Assembly (NCBI GenBank): GCA_949299335.1
Contig: CASGAD010000017.1
Span: 764 to 64,763, forward strand
Direction of reading: 5' to 3'
Source: an uncultured bacterium
GTDB taxonomy: Bacteria > Bacillota_I > Bacilli_A > RFN20 > CAG-826
DNA length: 64,000 nt
Positions within the stretch are counted from its first letter, which is position 1; every line of letters begins with the position of its first letter. Of the stretch, positions 46,832 to 55,632 are shown piece by piece. Both the position numbers and the translations under genes were made by a program. The notes below the pieces were generated by a model, which worked only from the letters and a program-made list of their open reading frames with translations, did not search any database and was not told the origin of the DNA.

Positions 46832-47956
46832 ATGAGATTTAAAAAAATTAAAAAAATGTGCTTAACTCTAAGTATATTGTTGGGAAGCGTTTCAATTTCT
46901 AGTTGTTCTGCCTTTTTTGGTAGTGACGAGTTAAATATATCAAGCACTGATATAAAAACTGATGATAATGGCAACACAACAGTAACTATTACTTTTACTG
47001 ATGAGAGCAAAAGCCCTTTAACTTTTACAATTCCTAGTGCAATTAACGGAGAAGATGGTGTTGGTATCGCAACGGTAACAAGTGAATTAAGTGAAGATAA
47101 GACACTTGTAACTATAATAATTACATATACTGATTCAAACAGAGAACCAACTGTTATAACGGTTCCTGTTTATAAAGGAGAAGACGGAAAAGAAATAACT
47201 AATTTTATTTGTAACTATGATGAAGATGGAAATACGACAGTAGTTGTTGAATATAGTGATGGCACATATAGTGACGAATTTACTATAAAAAAAGGTGAAG
47301 ATGGAAAAGGAATTAGTAATATAATTATGAATTCCGATCAAAATGGTAACTATGAGATAACAATTGTTTATACAGATGGCACATCCGAGGAACCTATTTA
47401 TTTAAATTCAGGTGTTGGCATTGCTTCTATTATTTATGATGAGAGTAAAAGTGATGAAGAGTACTATTGCTTAGTGGTTTATTACACTGACGGAAATAGT
47501 GAGGAAATTTATGTCCCAGCTCCACAATCCACTAAGTGGCTGAGCGGAAATGCCTATCCTTCTAATGATTTGGGAAATGAAGGAGACTTCTATGTAATAG
47601 AAAGTAGTGGAGCTGTTTATAAAAAAACTGGTGGAACATGGAGATATTTATTTAGCATTAAAGGCGTTGGAAGTGATTTAACTTATACAGTCACTTTTAA
47701 TCTTAACGGAGGAAAGTGGATAAACGGAGATTTAACAAATCCAGATATATCTTCAACTGAAGTAAGAACAATTAGTGGATTAGCATATGGCGCTTTTATT
47801 GATTTAAATCAAGATAATTTGAAATGTTATAATGAAGATGAAAACTTAGATTTTAAAGGATGGTGGAGTGATGCTGTGATTACACCAAATTCTGGTCATT
47901 TTACAAATTTAACTGCTGTTACTAAAGATCTTAGTTTATATGCGATTCGGGGGTAA
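46832..47956 (+). CDS. lipoprotein with about five 45-50-aa GEDG-containing repeats and a C-terminal Listeria-Bacteroides (Flg_new) repeat
   Basis: Lipobox SISSC. Repeats read GEDGVGIATVTSE.../KGEDGKEITNF...EYSDGT/KGEDGKGISNI...VYTDGT. The C-terminus TYTVTFNLNGGKW...LDFKGWWSD matches the Flg_new pattern. Confidence 0.7.
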   Translation: MRFKKIKKMCLTLSILLGSVSISSCSAFFGSDELNISSTDIKTDDNGNTTVTITFTDESKSPLTFTIPSAINGEDGVGIATVTSELSEDKTLVTIIITYTDSNREPTVITVPVYKGEDGKEITNFICNYDEDGNTTVVVEYSDGTYSDEFTIKKGEDGKGISNIIMNSDQNGNYEITIVYTDGTSEEPIYLNSGVGIASIIYDESKSDEEYYCLVVYYTDGNSEEIYVPAPQSTKWLSGNAYPSNDLGNEGDFYVIESSGAVYKKTGGTWRYLFSIKGVGSDLTYTVTFNLNGGKWINGDLTNPDISSTEVRTISGLAYGAFIDLNQDNLKCYNEDENLDFKGWWSDAVITPNSGHFTNLTAVTKDLSLYAIRG

Positions 47957-47959
47957 ATA

Positions 47960-48703
47960 ATGATCGGTAGAAAGTCCAATAAATGTACATTGATTGTAAT
48001 TGCAATTGCTAGTAGCATTTGCCTTTTTAGTTTTGGATTTTCAACTTTTATTATTGGTGAAGAAGCTGGTCAAAAATCAACTGATATTCAATTCAATTAT
48101 GGAGATGTAATAATATCTAGTGATTATCTTTCGTTAAATACTGCGAAAGGTGATGGTACTAAATTGCCATATACAGGAATTAGTATGTTTAATTATAATT
48201 CTAGTGGATTTGTAGTTAATGAAACTATGATGTTTAGTACTTTCATTACATATTATGTTAGATTTGATGTAGTATCTTTTTATAAAAATTATAGTGAAAA
48301 TATTGTAAATTTCTCACTAAATCTTTCATATGCAAATGCGTCTCGAGATAATTATGCATTGTTGAGTTCGAGTTATTTTGATCAAAATTCTTCAAGTGTA
48401 AAGTATTATAGGGGTACTAGTGGTTCTTATTTTTCGAGTGCAACTATAAACACCGGAATAAGTAATGAAAATTTTTTAATTGATGATATCAATAAGAAAA
48501 TATCATTTTCCTTTACTTATGAGTTTACTCCAAATGACTATGCAAATACTAACACTATGTGTCGGTTTGAATTTAAGTTTTCATTTAATGCAAATGACAA
48601 AGCATCTTTTGATTATCTGTATAACAATGAATTTCATATAACTGATAGCAATCTCGAACAATCTAGTTATAGATTAAGTGTAGGAATAAATTATGAAGAT
48701 TAA
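47960..48703 (+). CDS. exported protein with the locus signal-peptide motif (not a close paralog of the first five)
   Basis: N-terminus MIGRKSNK plus a helix ending FGFSTFIIGE. The body is rich in S/N/Y/F and beta-like. Confidence 0.65.
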   Translation: MIGRKSNKCTLIVIAIASSICLFSFGFSTFIIGEEAGQKSTDIQFNYGDVIISSDYLSLNTAKGDGTKLPYTGISMFNYNSSGFVVNETMMFSTFITYYVRFDVVSFYKNYSENIVNFSLNLSYANASRDNYALLSSSYFDQNSSSVKYYRGTSGSYFSSATINTGISNENFLIDDINKKISFSFTYEFTPNDYANTNTMCRFEFKFSFNANDKASFDYLYNNEFHITDSNLEQSSYRLSVGINYED

Positions 48704-50345
48704 AATAACTAAAAAACATAGAAACACTTTTCTTGCTCTTTTAATTTTATTTTTAAGTATAGTCGTTTCCTGCATAGTTGGCTTTGGCAATTTTCTAGTT
48801 TCAACTGACATCTCTAGTGGCAGTTCAGGTAATATTGTTAATGATCCTGTTTGCTATAATTCGAATACTGGAATTTATTACACCACAATTGAAAAGGCAC
48901 TTGAAGATGCAAATATAAGGAGTGACGCGGATACAATTATTGTTTTGCCAGGAACGAATCCTACTATTACAAGAAATTGTACAATAAGTTCAAACGATTC
49001 ACTAATCGTATCATACGATGATGGAGGAACAAGAGGAAATTGGAACGCCGCAGATGATTTTTATAGTGGTAATACTTATCATAATAAAACAGTTACATAT
49101 GTGAGTACTGTTACTATTTCAGAAGGGATTTCTTTAACAAATTACGGCTTAATAGAAAATTATGGTGAAATTGTTGCAGCTAGTGGAAATCAGCGGGGAG
49201 GATTTCCTGCTAGAAATTGTACTCAATTTTTACTTGAAGCAAATGCTAAAATTTTAAATTATGGTACTATAAATGGGTTTGGATATTTTAATGAGTCATC
49301 AAGTAATAATGGTTCCGAAATTATCAGTTATAGTGGCAGTATTATTCATTTGCCTTTTTCAATTTTATTCAGAGGAGGTACTGCGACAGTTGCTTTAACT
49401 GGCGGTCTTGGCTTCATAGTAAGTATTGTTAGCGATTTAAGTTCCTCCAAAATATTTCCATTTGATCAATATGAGATAACAAATATTAGTACTAATACAG
49501 TAATTTATAGTGGCTGTTATATTTATGCACATTTTTGTTTTAATTTATCAGACTCTGTGTCAGGAGATTCTCGTAAATCTTTCACAGCGCAAATAAACTT
49601 AGTCGGGGACAAAAATTTATCAAATTGTCTATTTAAATTGCATGATAATTCATTTATGAACATGAAGTATAATGGTGTGGAAAACGGAATAAATCCAATC
49701 AAACTTGATTTTTATGGCGGAATGGATATGGAGGAAGTATCTATTACTTTGAATTTGACCGTTTCCGGTATTTCAGCTTCTAGAACATTAAATAGTTCTG
49801 AGTATTATTTTCCATTTTGTTATAATATGAACATTTCTCTCAATGCCTTAGATGAAGATAGCGGAGCAACTTATAATTTTGATAATTTATTAAAATTTAT
49901 GCCAGGTTCGTCACTTCTTGTTAACGAAAGAGTAACATTGAATTTAACAGGCACTACAGTTGTGTATAAGGATGTTTCTAGTGAATATGTTGGGGCTTTA
50001 TATAAATCTGGATATGGTGATGCAAATTTTGTAATTTTAGGTGAGGTGTATGCAAATAATTTTGCAGGATTTGTGTCAACTGATTCCAATGGTTCTCTAC
50101 TCTTAGTTAGTGGAAGTTCTTCTGTCACAACACAAGAATTAGTTAGTAATAATGATGAGGCAAATTACTATACGTACACAAATAATGCTAGTGCTTTTAT
50201 AAATAACGAAAATAATTTGGAAAATATAAAATCAAATTTTTTATATGAAGGTAGAGGGAAATACTGGATTGAATCGTCGATTGTCTTAATTAAGCAGAAA
50301 AATATTGAAAGTATTACAATTTATGATAACTCTGGCAGGTATTAA
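48693..50345 (+). CDS. 550-aa exported beta-helix-like protein; its frame continues past a single TAA into the next ORF
   Basis: The N-terminal helix ends VGFGNFLVS. YYTTIEKALEDANIRSDADTIIVLPG resembles the N-terminal cap of right-handed beta-helix proteins. Overlaps the previous gene by 11 nt. Confidence 0.6.
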   Translation: MKIKITKKHRNTFLALLILFLSIVVSCIVGFGNFLVSTDISSGSSGNIVNDPVCYNSNTGIYYTTIEKALEDANIRSDADTIIVLPGTNPTITRNCTISSNDSLIVSYDDGGTRGNWNAADDFYSGNTYHNKTVTYVSTVTISEGISLTNYGLIENYGEIVAASGNQRGGFPARNCTQFLLEANAKILNYGTINGFGYFNESSSNNGSEIISYSGSIIHLPFSILFRGGTATVALTGGLGFIVSIVSDLSSSKIFPFDQYEITNISTNTVIYSGCYIYAHFCFNLSDSVSGDSRKSFTAQINLVGDKNLSNCLFKLHDNSFMNMKYNGVENGINPIKLDFYGGMDMEEVSITLNLTVSGISASRTLNSSEYYFPFCYNMNISLNALDEDSGATYNFDNLLKFMPGSSLLVNERVTLNLTGTTVVYKDVSSEYVGALYKSGYGDANFVILGEVYANNFAGFVSTDSNGSLLLVSGSSSVTTQELVSNNDEANYYTYTNNASAFINNENNLENIKSNFLYEGRGKYWIESSIVLIKQKNIESITIYDNSGRY

Positions 50346-50378
50346 GAGAATAGGGATTATATTGATGCGAACTTAAAT

Positions 50379-51053
50379 GTGACAATCAATATCAAATACG
50401 CTGATTTACCTAATAAGAAATTAATAATAAATGGTGTTGATTATTCGTCTTCCATTACATCAACAGAATACTCTATTAATTTAACTATTGGGAATGGCGG
50501 GTTAATTATTGAGGCATATGCTGGCGTGTATACTTTATCTGTAACAACTTATAATGCAAGTTTCAGCATTATTGATGAAGAAACAAATTCTTATGGTAGT
50601 GGCGATGATATAGTTTATGGAACGAATTTAACTTTTAAATTCTCTTGTAATGAGACTGTGTCTAGAGTTATTATGAATGGCCAAATTTATAATTATACTG
50701 ATACAGAGGAATGTGCTATGGGTACATTTAATATTCAAGTAACTGGCGATATTAATATAACTATTATTTCCGGAATAAGGAATTTAAGTTCCAATCTTAG
50801 TACTAATTCTCGGTTATACACTTATGAAGTAACAGGACCTGGTTTCTTAAGCGATTCTGAGATAATACTGCATCAAGGTTTAAATATTTACTATAAACGT
50901 TCGTTAACTGGAAGCAAGAAATTAACTGTTACTAATAATGGGGATGTGGAAGTAGAACAAACATATAGCCCTACTACTGGTTCATTTGGAAATGTTGAAA
51001 TAAATTATTCTATAGCGTCAGTAAACGGGGATGTAAACATTAATATTTCTTAA
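50379..51053 (+). other. 224-codon ORF in the same frame as 48693-50345, separated only by TAA 50343-50345. Either the C-terminal part of a nonsense-interrupted gene or a GTG-initiated gene.
   Basis: 48693 and 50379 share a frame. No ATG and no SD lie ahead of GTG 50379. There are 11 sense codons between the TAA and the GTG. Confidence 0.4.
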
Positions 51054-51712
51054 TAAAGTTAATAATTAGGTAATAAAATAGTTGTATAATAGATTTTTAT
51101 TAGCTTTGTAAAATTACTGCAAATATTTTTATATTATTAGTAATACTTATCTTATGTTTTCGAATTTATTTGTATAGAGATTTTTTATTGTTTTCTAAAA
51201 TTTAAATTCAGAGGGTTGTGAACTTGTCTTTTTTAAATTTCAACGATTTTATTCAAATAGCATGACTTAAAAAAATTACGTCGTTTTGAATCTTAGTACT
51301 TTTTAGTTATTGTAGAGATAATTTAATTGTCTCTTTTGTAACCTTATTATTTATTTTTCCGTATTTATTAAAGCGAATAAGGCAATAATAATATAGACTC
51401 CATCTGAAACTAAAATTTCAAGCCATTAACTATCATTAGTAATACCTAAATATTCTAATAAAGATCCATCAACCAGTTTAATAATAACTTATGAACTTAA
51501 ATTAATGGTATCTTGATAAAAAAACTTTAATTTTTACTAAGTAAGCAAATACAAAGTTAGGATTAAAAATACACTATATTTAAATATTAAAAATAGTTCT
51601 TGGATAGATGAAACCCCGACATTAATTAGCAATCATTATTTTTATTTTCATCATTAGATTATTATCAAAAAGAAGAGTTGTTTGATATAATTAAACCAAT
51701 AGGTGAATTAAT

Positions 51713-53212
51713 ATGTTAAAAAGGAAATTTATAGGGGCTATAGCTATATCTTCATTACTTTTAATAAGCACAAGTTGTGAAGATTTCGATAATGATAAAA
51801 AAGATGAGACAACAATTTTAAAAGGAGATTGCGTAACTATAAATGAAGCAATTGGTGGAATAGTAATTTGTAAGAATCCATTACAAAATAATGTTGGAAG
51901 TAAAATCTATTTAGAAGTTGAAACTGATAGTAATTATTACTTGGAAGATTTAAAAATCTCAAGTGGAGAGACTATTAGTTTTGAAGGTGAAAATTTATAT
52001 TCTTTCACTTTAAAAGAAGGCAAAAATATAGTTACTCCTTATTTTGCTCAAAAAAGTGAAACAATGGATTGCACTTTATTTATATCTCATAATGAGTTTG
52101 GAAAAATTACCATTTTAGATAATAAATATCTTGCAAAATCCCCATTAAATTTTGTAGTTACACCAAATGAAGGGTATAAGGTTGAATCAATACTTTTTAA
52201 TAATGAACAATTAACTTTAAACTCTATTAACACTTATAGTGTGACTTTATTAGAGAACTTTAATTTTTTAGATGCTAACTTTATCGGAGATACTTCATCT
52301 AAAGAAGATTTTAGTATTGTTGATAATCTAGAAATAATTACTAAAGTAGTAAATATAGATTTTGCTGAAGAAGATGATCCTTATGAAGATGTAACTAAAG
52401 AAGAGTTTTATGAAAATTATTCTATTTCAAATAGCTATGAAGATTCATATTTCCGTTCTAAACATTATTTAATGAGTGGAGATATTACTCCTCAAAAACA
52501 TATTCCTTCTTTAAACTATGAGTTACCTTTTGAAGTGCCAATGTATGAAGATTCATATTTAATGAATTCATTATGTAGATATGAAGTTGATCAATATGGT
52601 AACTATATTTCATATAAAGTAAATACATTAGATAATACTGATTACAAAATATATTATGGTGGAGGATATTCTAGTTTAGAAGATGTAAGCGCTTATTTAT
52701 TTGCATTTGGTGATATTCCAGCAAATCATTTAGTAGAAAAGAAGGCTAGTAGCTATGAAATTGAAAGTACTTGGGGAGAGTACTTAAGATTAAATCAATC
52801 TGACTTTTCTGGAGATACTGAACGTTATCCTTATGAACCAGAACTTACAGGAATATTTGATAAATATAAATACTATGAAAGTGATTTTGGATCAATTGGT
52901 GGATTTACTGTCTCTAATCCAGTAGAAATTTATAATAACGGACATAAAATTGATAGAGGAACTTGTAGATTTGTTTATAATTATATGAATTTAGACGAAA
53001 CTGACCTTGATTTAAATAATAGGCATGTATTTTATACTTATAATCACTATAATGATTTTCAAGAATATTTAAATTATAAAGGCGGTTTCACTGCAAGATT
53101 TGGAAACGAAACTGCAGGTAATCCATATGGACAGGTAATAGGAGATAATAAGCCAACTAATCCATATAAAATAGTAAAAGCTCAATTTAATTTTCCAATA
53201 ATACAAAATTAA
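51713..53212 (+). CDS. lipoprotein with a C-terminal barnase-family (microbial RNase N1/T1/barnase) ribonuclease domain
   Basis: Lipobox LISTSC. The C-terminal roughly 170 aa align by eye to barnase. VSAYLFAFGDIPANHL matches VADYLQTYHKLPDNYI. YYESDFGS matches WREADINY (Glu). IDRGTCRFVYNY matches RNSDRILYS (Arg). FYTYNHYNDFQEY matches YKTTDHYQTF (His). Confidence 0.75.
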   Translation: MLKRKFIGAIAISSLLLISTSCEDFDNDKKDETTILKGDCVTINEAIGGIVICKNPLQNNVGSKIYLEVETDSNYYLEDLKISSGETISFEGENLYSFTLKEGKNIVTPYFAQKSETMDCTLFISHNEFGKITILDNKYLAKSPLNFVVTPNEGYKVESILFNNEQLTLNSINTYSVTLLENFNFLDANFIGDTSSKEDFSIVDNLEIITKVVNIDFAEEDDPYEDVTKEEFYENYSISNSYEDSYFRSKHYLMSGDITPQKHIPSLNYELPFEVPMYEDSYLMNSLCRYEVDQYGNYISYKVNTLDNTDYKIYYGGGYSSLEDVSAYLFAFGDIPANHLVEKKASSYEIESTWGEYLRLNQSDFSGDTERYPYEPELTGIFDKYKYYESDFGSIGGFTVSNPVEIYNNGHKIDRGTCRFVYNYMNLDETDLDLNNRHVFYTYNHYNDFQEYLNYKGGFTARFGNETAGNPYGQVIGDNKPTNPYKIVKAQFNFPIIQN

Positions 53213-53279
53213 TTAAAATATTGATATTATCGTATATATTTTTAAAGTAAAATATAAATAGATATATATTGGATTTAGT

Positions 53280-54230
53280 ATGGTTAAAAATAAAAAAATT
53301 AGATTAAAAGATATTGCTTATAGTTTAGGAGTGAGTGTAACTTGTGTTTCTCGCTCTTTAAGAGATTGTAGCGATATTAGTGAAGATACAAAAAAGTTAA
53401 TTAGAGCAAAAGCGATTGAACTTGGTTATCAATCTAAATATAACGAAATAAAAACTAAGGAAAAATATGTTGTTGCTCTTATTTTTGATAGCATTAAAAA
53501 TCCTTATTTTATTAAACTTGGTGATATATTAGTTAGTAAATTAAATAAAGAAAATTATGATTTTTTAATTATGATTACTGATTCATTTACTAAAGTAGAT
53601 GATATATTAATTAAAAAGTGTATTTTTAGAAATGCTGATATAATCATATCTTTTAATGAATTTAGTGAAAAAGCTGTTGAAATTGCTAAAATCAATAATC
53701 TTCCTTTAGTGCTTCTTGGCAGAATTTCTAGTTCAACATATGTAGATTCAATTTATACGGATGATAAAAAAGGTGGAGAATTAGCTTTTAACTATTTATA
53801 TTCATTAAATAAAAGAAAATTACTTTATTTAGAAGAAAGTAGAAGTGAAGCGAGCTTAAGAAGATTACAAGGCTTCCAAAATGCTAAAGAATTACATCCA
53901 GAAGTTAATATTCAAATAATCGATTCTAAAGATTTAAGTTATGCTCTTGAATTTATTAAAGAAGGGTATGATGGTATATTTGCTTATAACGATATTACTT
54001 CACTTAGTTTAATTAATGAATTAGAAAAAAATGATTTATTAAAAGAAAACATCAAAATCATCGGTTATGATAATGATGTTTTAAGCTTAAAATTTTATAT
54101 GAAGGATTATAAATCAATTACTTTTAACTATGAGAAGGTAAGTGATTTAGCAATATCAATAATCAAAAATAAATTAGAAAAGAAAATTAAAGATAAAACA
54201 TATCGTTATAAAGTCGAAGTTACTCTTTAA
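53280..54230 (+). CDS. LacI-family transcriptional regulator
   Basis: N-terminal HTH IRLKDIAYSLGVSVTCVSRSLRD followed by a periplasmic-binding-protein-like sugar-binding fold pattern. Confidence 0.9.
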   Translation: MVKNKKIRLKDIAYSLGVSVTCVSRSLRDCSDISEDTKKLIRAKAIELGYQSKYNEIKTKEKYVVALIFDSIKNPYFIKLGDILVSKLNKENYDFLIMITDSFTKVDDILIKKCIFRNADIIISFNEFSEKAVEIAKINNLPLVLLGRISSSTYVDSIYTDDKKGGELAFNYLYSLNKRKLLYLEESRSEASLRRLQGFQNAKELHPEVNIQIIDSKDLSYALEFIKEGYDGIFAYNDITSLSLINELEKNDLLKENIKIIGYDNDVLSLKFYMKDYKSITFNYEKVSDLAISIIKNKLEKKIKDKTYRYKVEVTL

Positions 54231-55499
54231 TTACTTTAATTTGAATACATTTAATAAACCATTATTAAATGTATTATCTTTCTTATCTTGAATTAATGGC
54301 AAAGCATAATCTAAAAATGTATCGTTAATATAGTTACATTTTGAATTTATATATGTTAATGGTAAATATTTTTCTTTGTTTGCAACTAAAGCAATGTCGA
54401 TTAAGTCGTATTTTATTTTGTATTTACTACTTGTGCCAATTCTTTTTAAAGTTACAATCTTATCATTTTCACCTTTAATTGCTTTTTTTAATGCAAATTC
54501 ACCGACTTTAATTGCTTCTTTAATATCTAAACTAGAAGGAAGTATTGAATTAGCTCTTTGAAGTAAAGACAATTCGAAAGCACGAGTTTTATAGTTAAAT
54601 TCTTTCTCAACTATTTTAGCTAATCTAGAAGCTACGCCACCAAGTTGAGTATGACCAAATTTATCTTTTAATTCGCTAGTTTCAAAAATAAAGTTTCCGT
54701 TCTCATCTTTAATTCCTTCACTAACACAAACTAAACAATGTTGTTTTGTTTCATAAATTGATTTAACGTCGTTTAAAAAAGAAGTTAAATCAAAAGGAAC
54801 TTCCGGGACGTAAATTAAATCAGGAGCAGTACCATTAAGTTTACTTAATAAACTTCCTGCAGTAAGCCAGCCAGCATTTCTGCCCATAATTTCAACAATA
54901 TTTACTCTGCCTTTTTTATAACTATGATCATCTAAATAAATTTCACTGACTGCGTTAGCAATAAATTTAATTGCGCTAGCATATCCTGCAGTATGATCTA
55001 TAAAAGGTAAGTCATTATCGATTGTTTTTGGTATTCCTACGCAATAAAGTTCATAATTTACTTTTTTTGCATATTCGCTGATTTTATGTATAGTATCCAT
55101 AGAATCGTTTCCACCATTATATAAAAAGAAGCGAATGTTATATTTTTTAAATATATCGATTATTTTTATATAATCTTTTTCGTCGGCTGAATAATGAGAT
55201 AATTTATAACGATTACTACCAAAAGCGGCGCCAGGAGTATTTTTAAGTTTTGCTAGTTCTTCTAGTGTGTAGTTATCTAAATCAATTAGGTCATTATTTA
55301 ATAAACCTTCTAAGCCAAAATGCATTGCATAGACTTTACTAATTATATTTTTATGTTTTCTTGCCTCTTTAATGACTCCATAGGCACTTGAATTAATTAC
55401 ACTTGTTGGTCCACCGGATTGACCATATATTAAATTTCCAATAATAGTTTCTTTCATGAAAATAATCTTATCATAGTTTAAGTCTCTTTTAAACTTCAT
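54231..55499 (-). CDS. 6-phosphofructokinase-family enzyme (long PfkA clade; phosphoryl donor ATP or PPi not decidable by eye)
   Basis: Motifs GQSGGPTSVIN, GGNDSMDT, PKTIDNDL and IMGRNAGWL. An alternative start is Met15. Its stop codon abuts the LacI stop. Confidence 0.8.
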   Translation of the reverse strand: MKFKRDLNYDKIIFMKETIIGNLIYGQSGGPTSVINSSAYGVIKEARKHKNIISKVYAMHFGLEGLLNNDLIDLDNYTLEELAKLKNTPGAAFGSNRYKLSHYSADEKDYIKIIDIFKKYNIRFFLYNGGNDSMDTIHKISEYAKKVNYELYCVGIPKTIDNDLPFIDHTAGYASAIKFIANAVSEIYLDDHSYKKGRVNIVEIMGRNAGWLTAGSLLSKLNGTAPDLIYVPEVPFDLTSFLNDVKSIYETKQHCLVCVSEGIKDENGNFIFETSELKDKFGHTQLGGVASRLAKIVEKEFNYKTRAFELSLLQRANSILPSSLDIKEAIKVGEFALKKAIKGENDKIVTLKRIGTSSKYKIKYDLIDIALVANKEKYLPLTYINSKCNYINDTFLDYALPLIQDKKDNTFNNGLLNVFKLK

Positions 55500-55632
55500 A
55501 ATCTTTTTCTTTAAGTAATTATGATAAAAAATTAATTACCGAAAAACTACTAATTCTTTGTTTTTTGCTTTAAAAGATTATTTCGTTCTTGAAATTAAAA
55601 AAGAAGTAAAGGAATATATAAAAAGGAGAAAG

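Noticed and set aside
46832-47956. GEDG-repeat protein as a prophage tail fibre
   Set aside because: It has a lipobox signal peptide. It sits mid-operon with no phage structural, lysis or integration genes around it.
51330-51500. Minus-strand hydrophobic reading frame (…VIIKLVDGSLLEYLGITNDS*WLEILVSDGVYIIIALFALINTEK) as a gene relic
   Set aside because: It is short, stop-interrupted, and has no recognisable family. It is mentioned only as a possible decayed gene in the operon's right flank.
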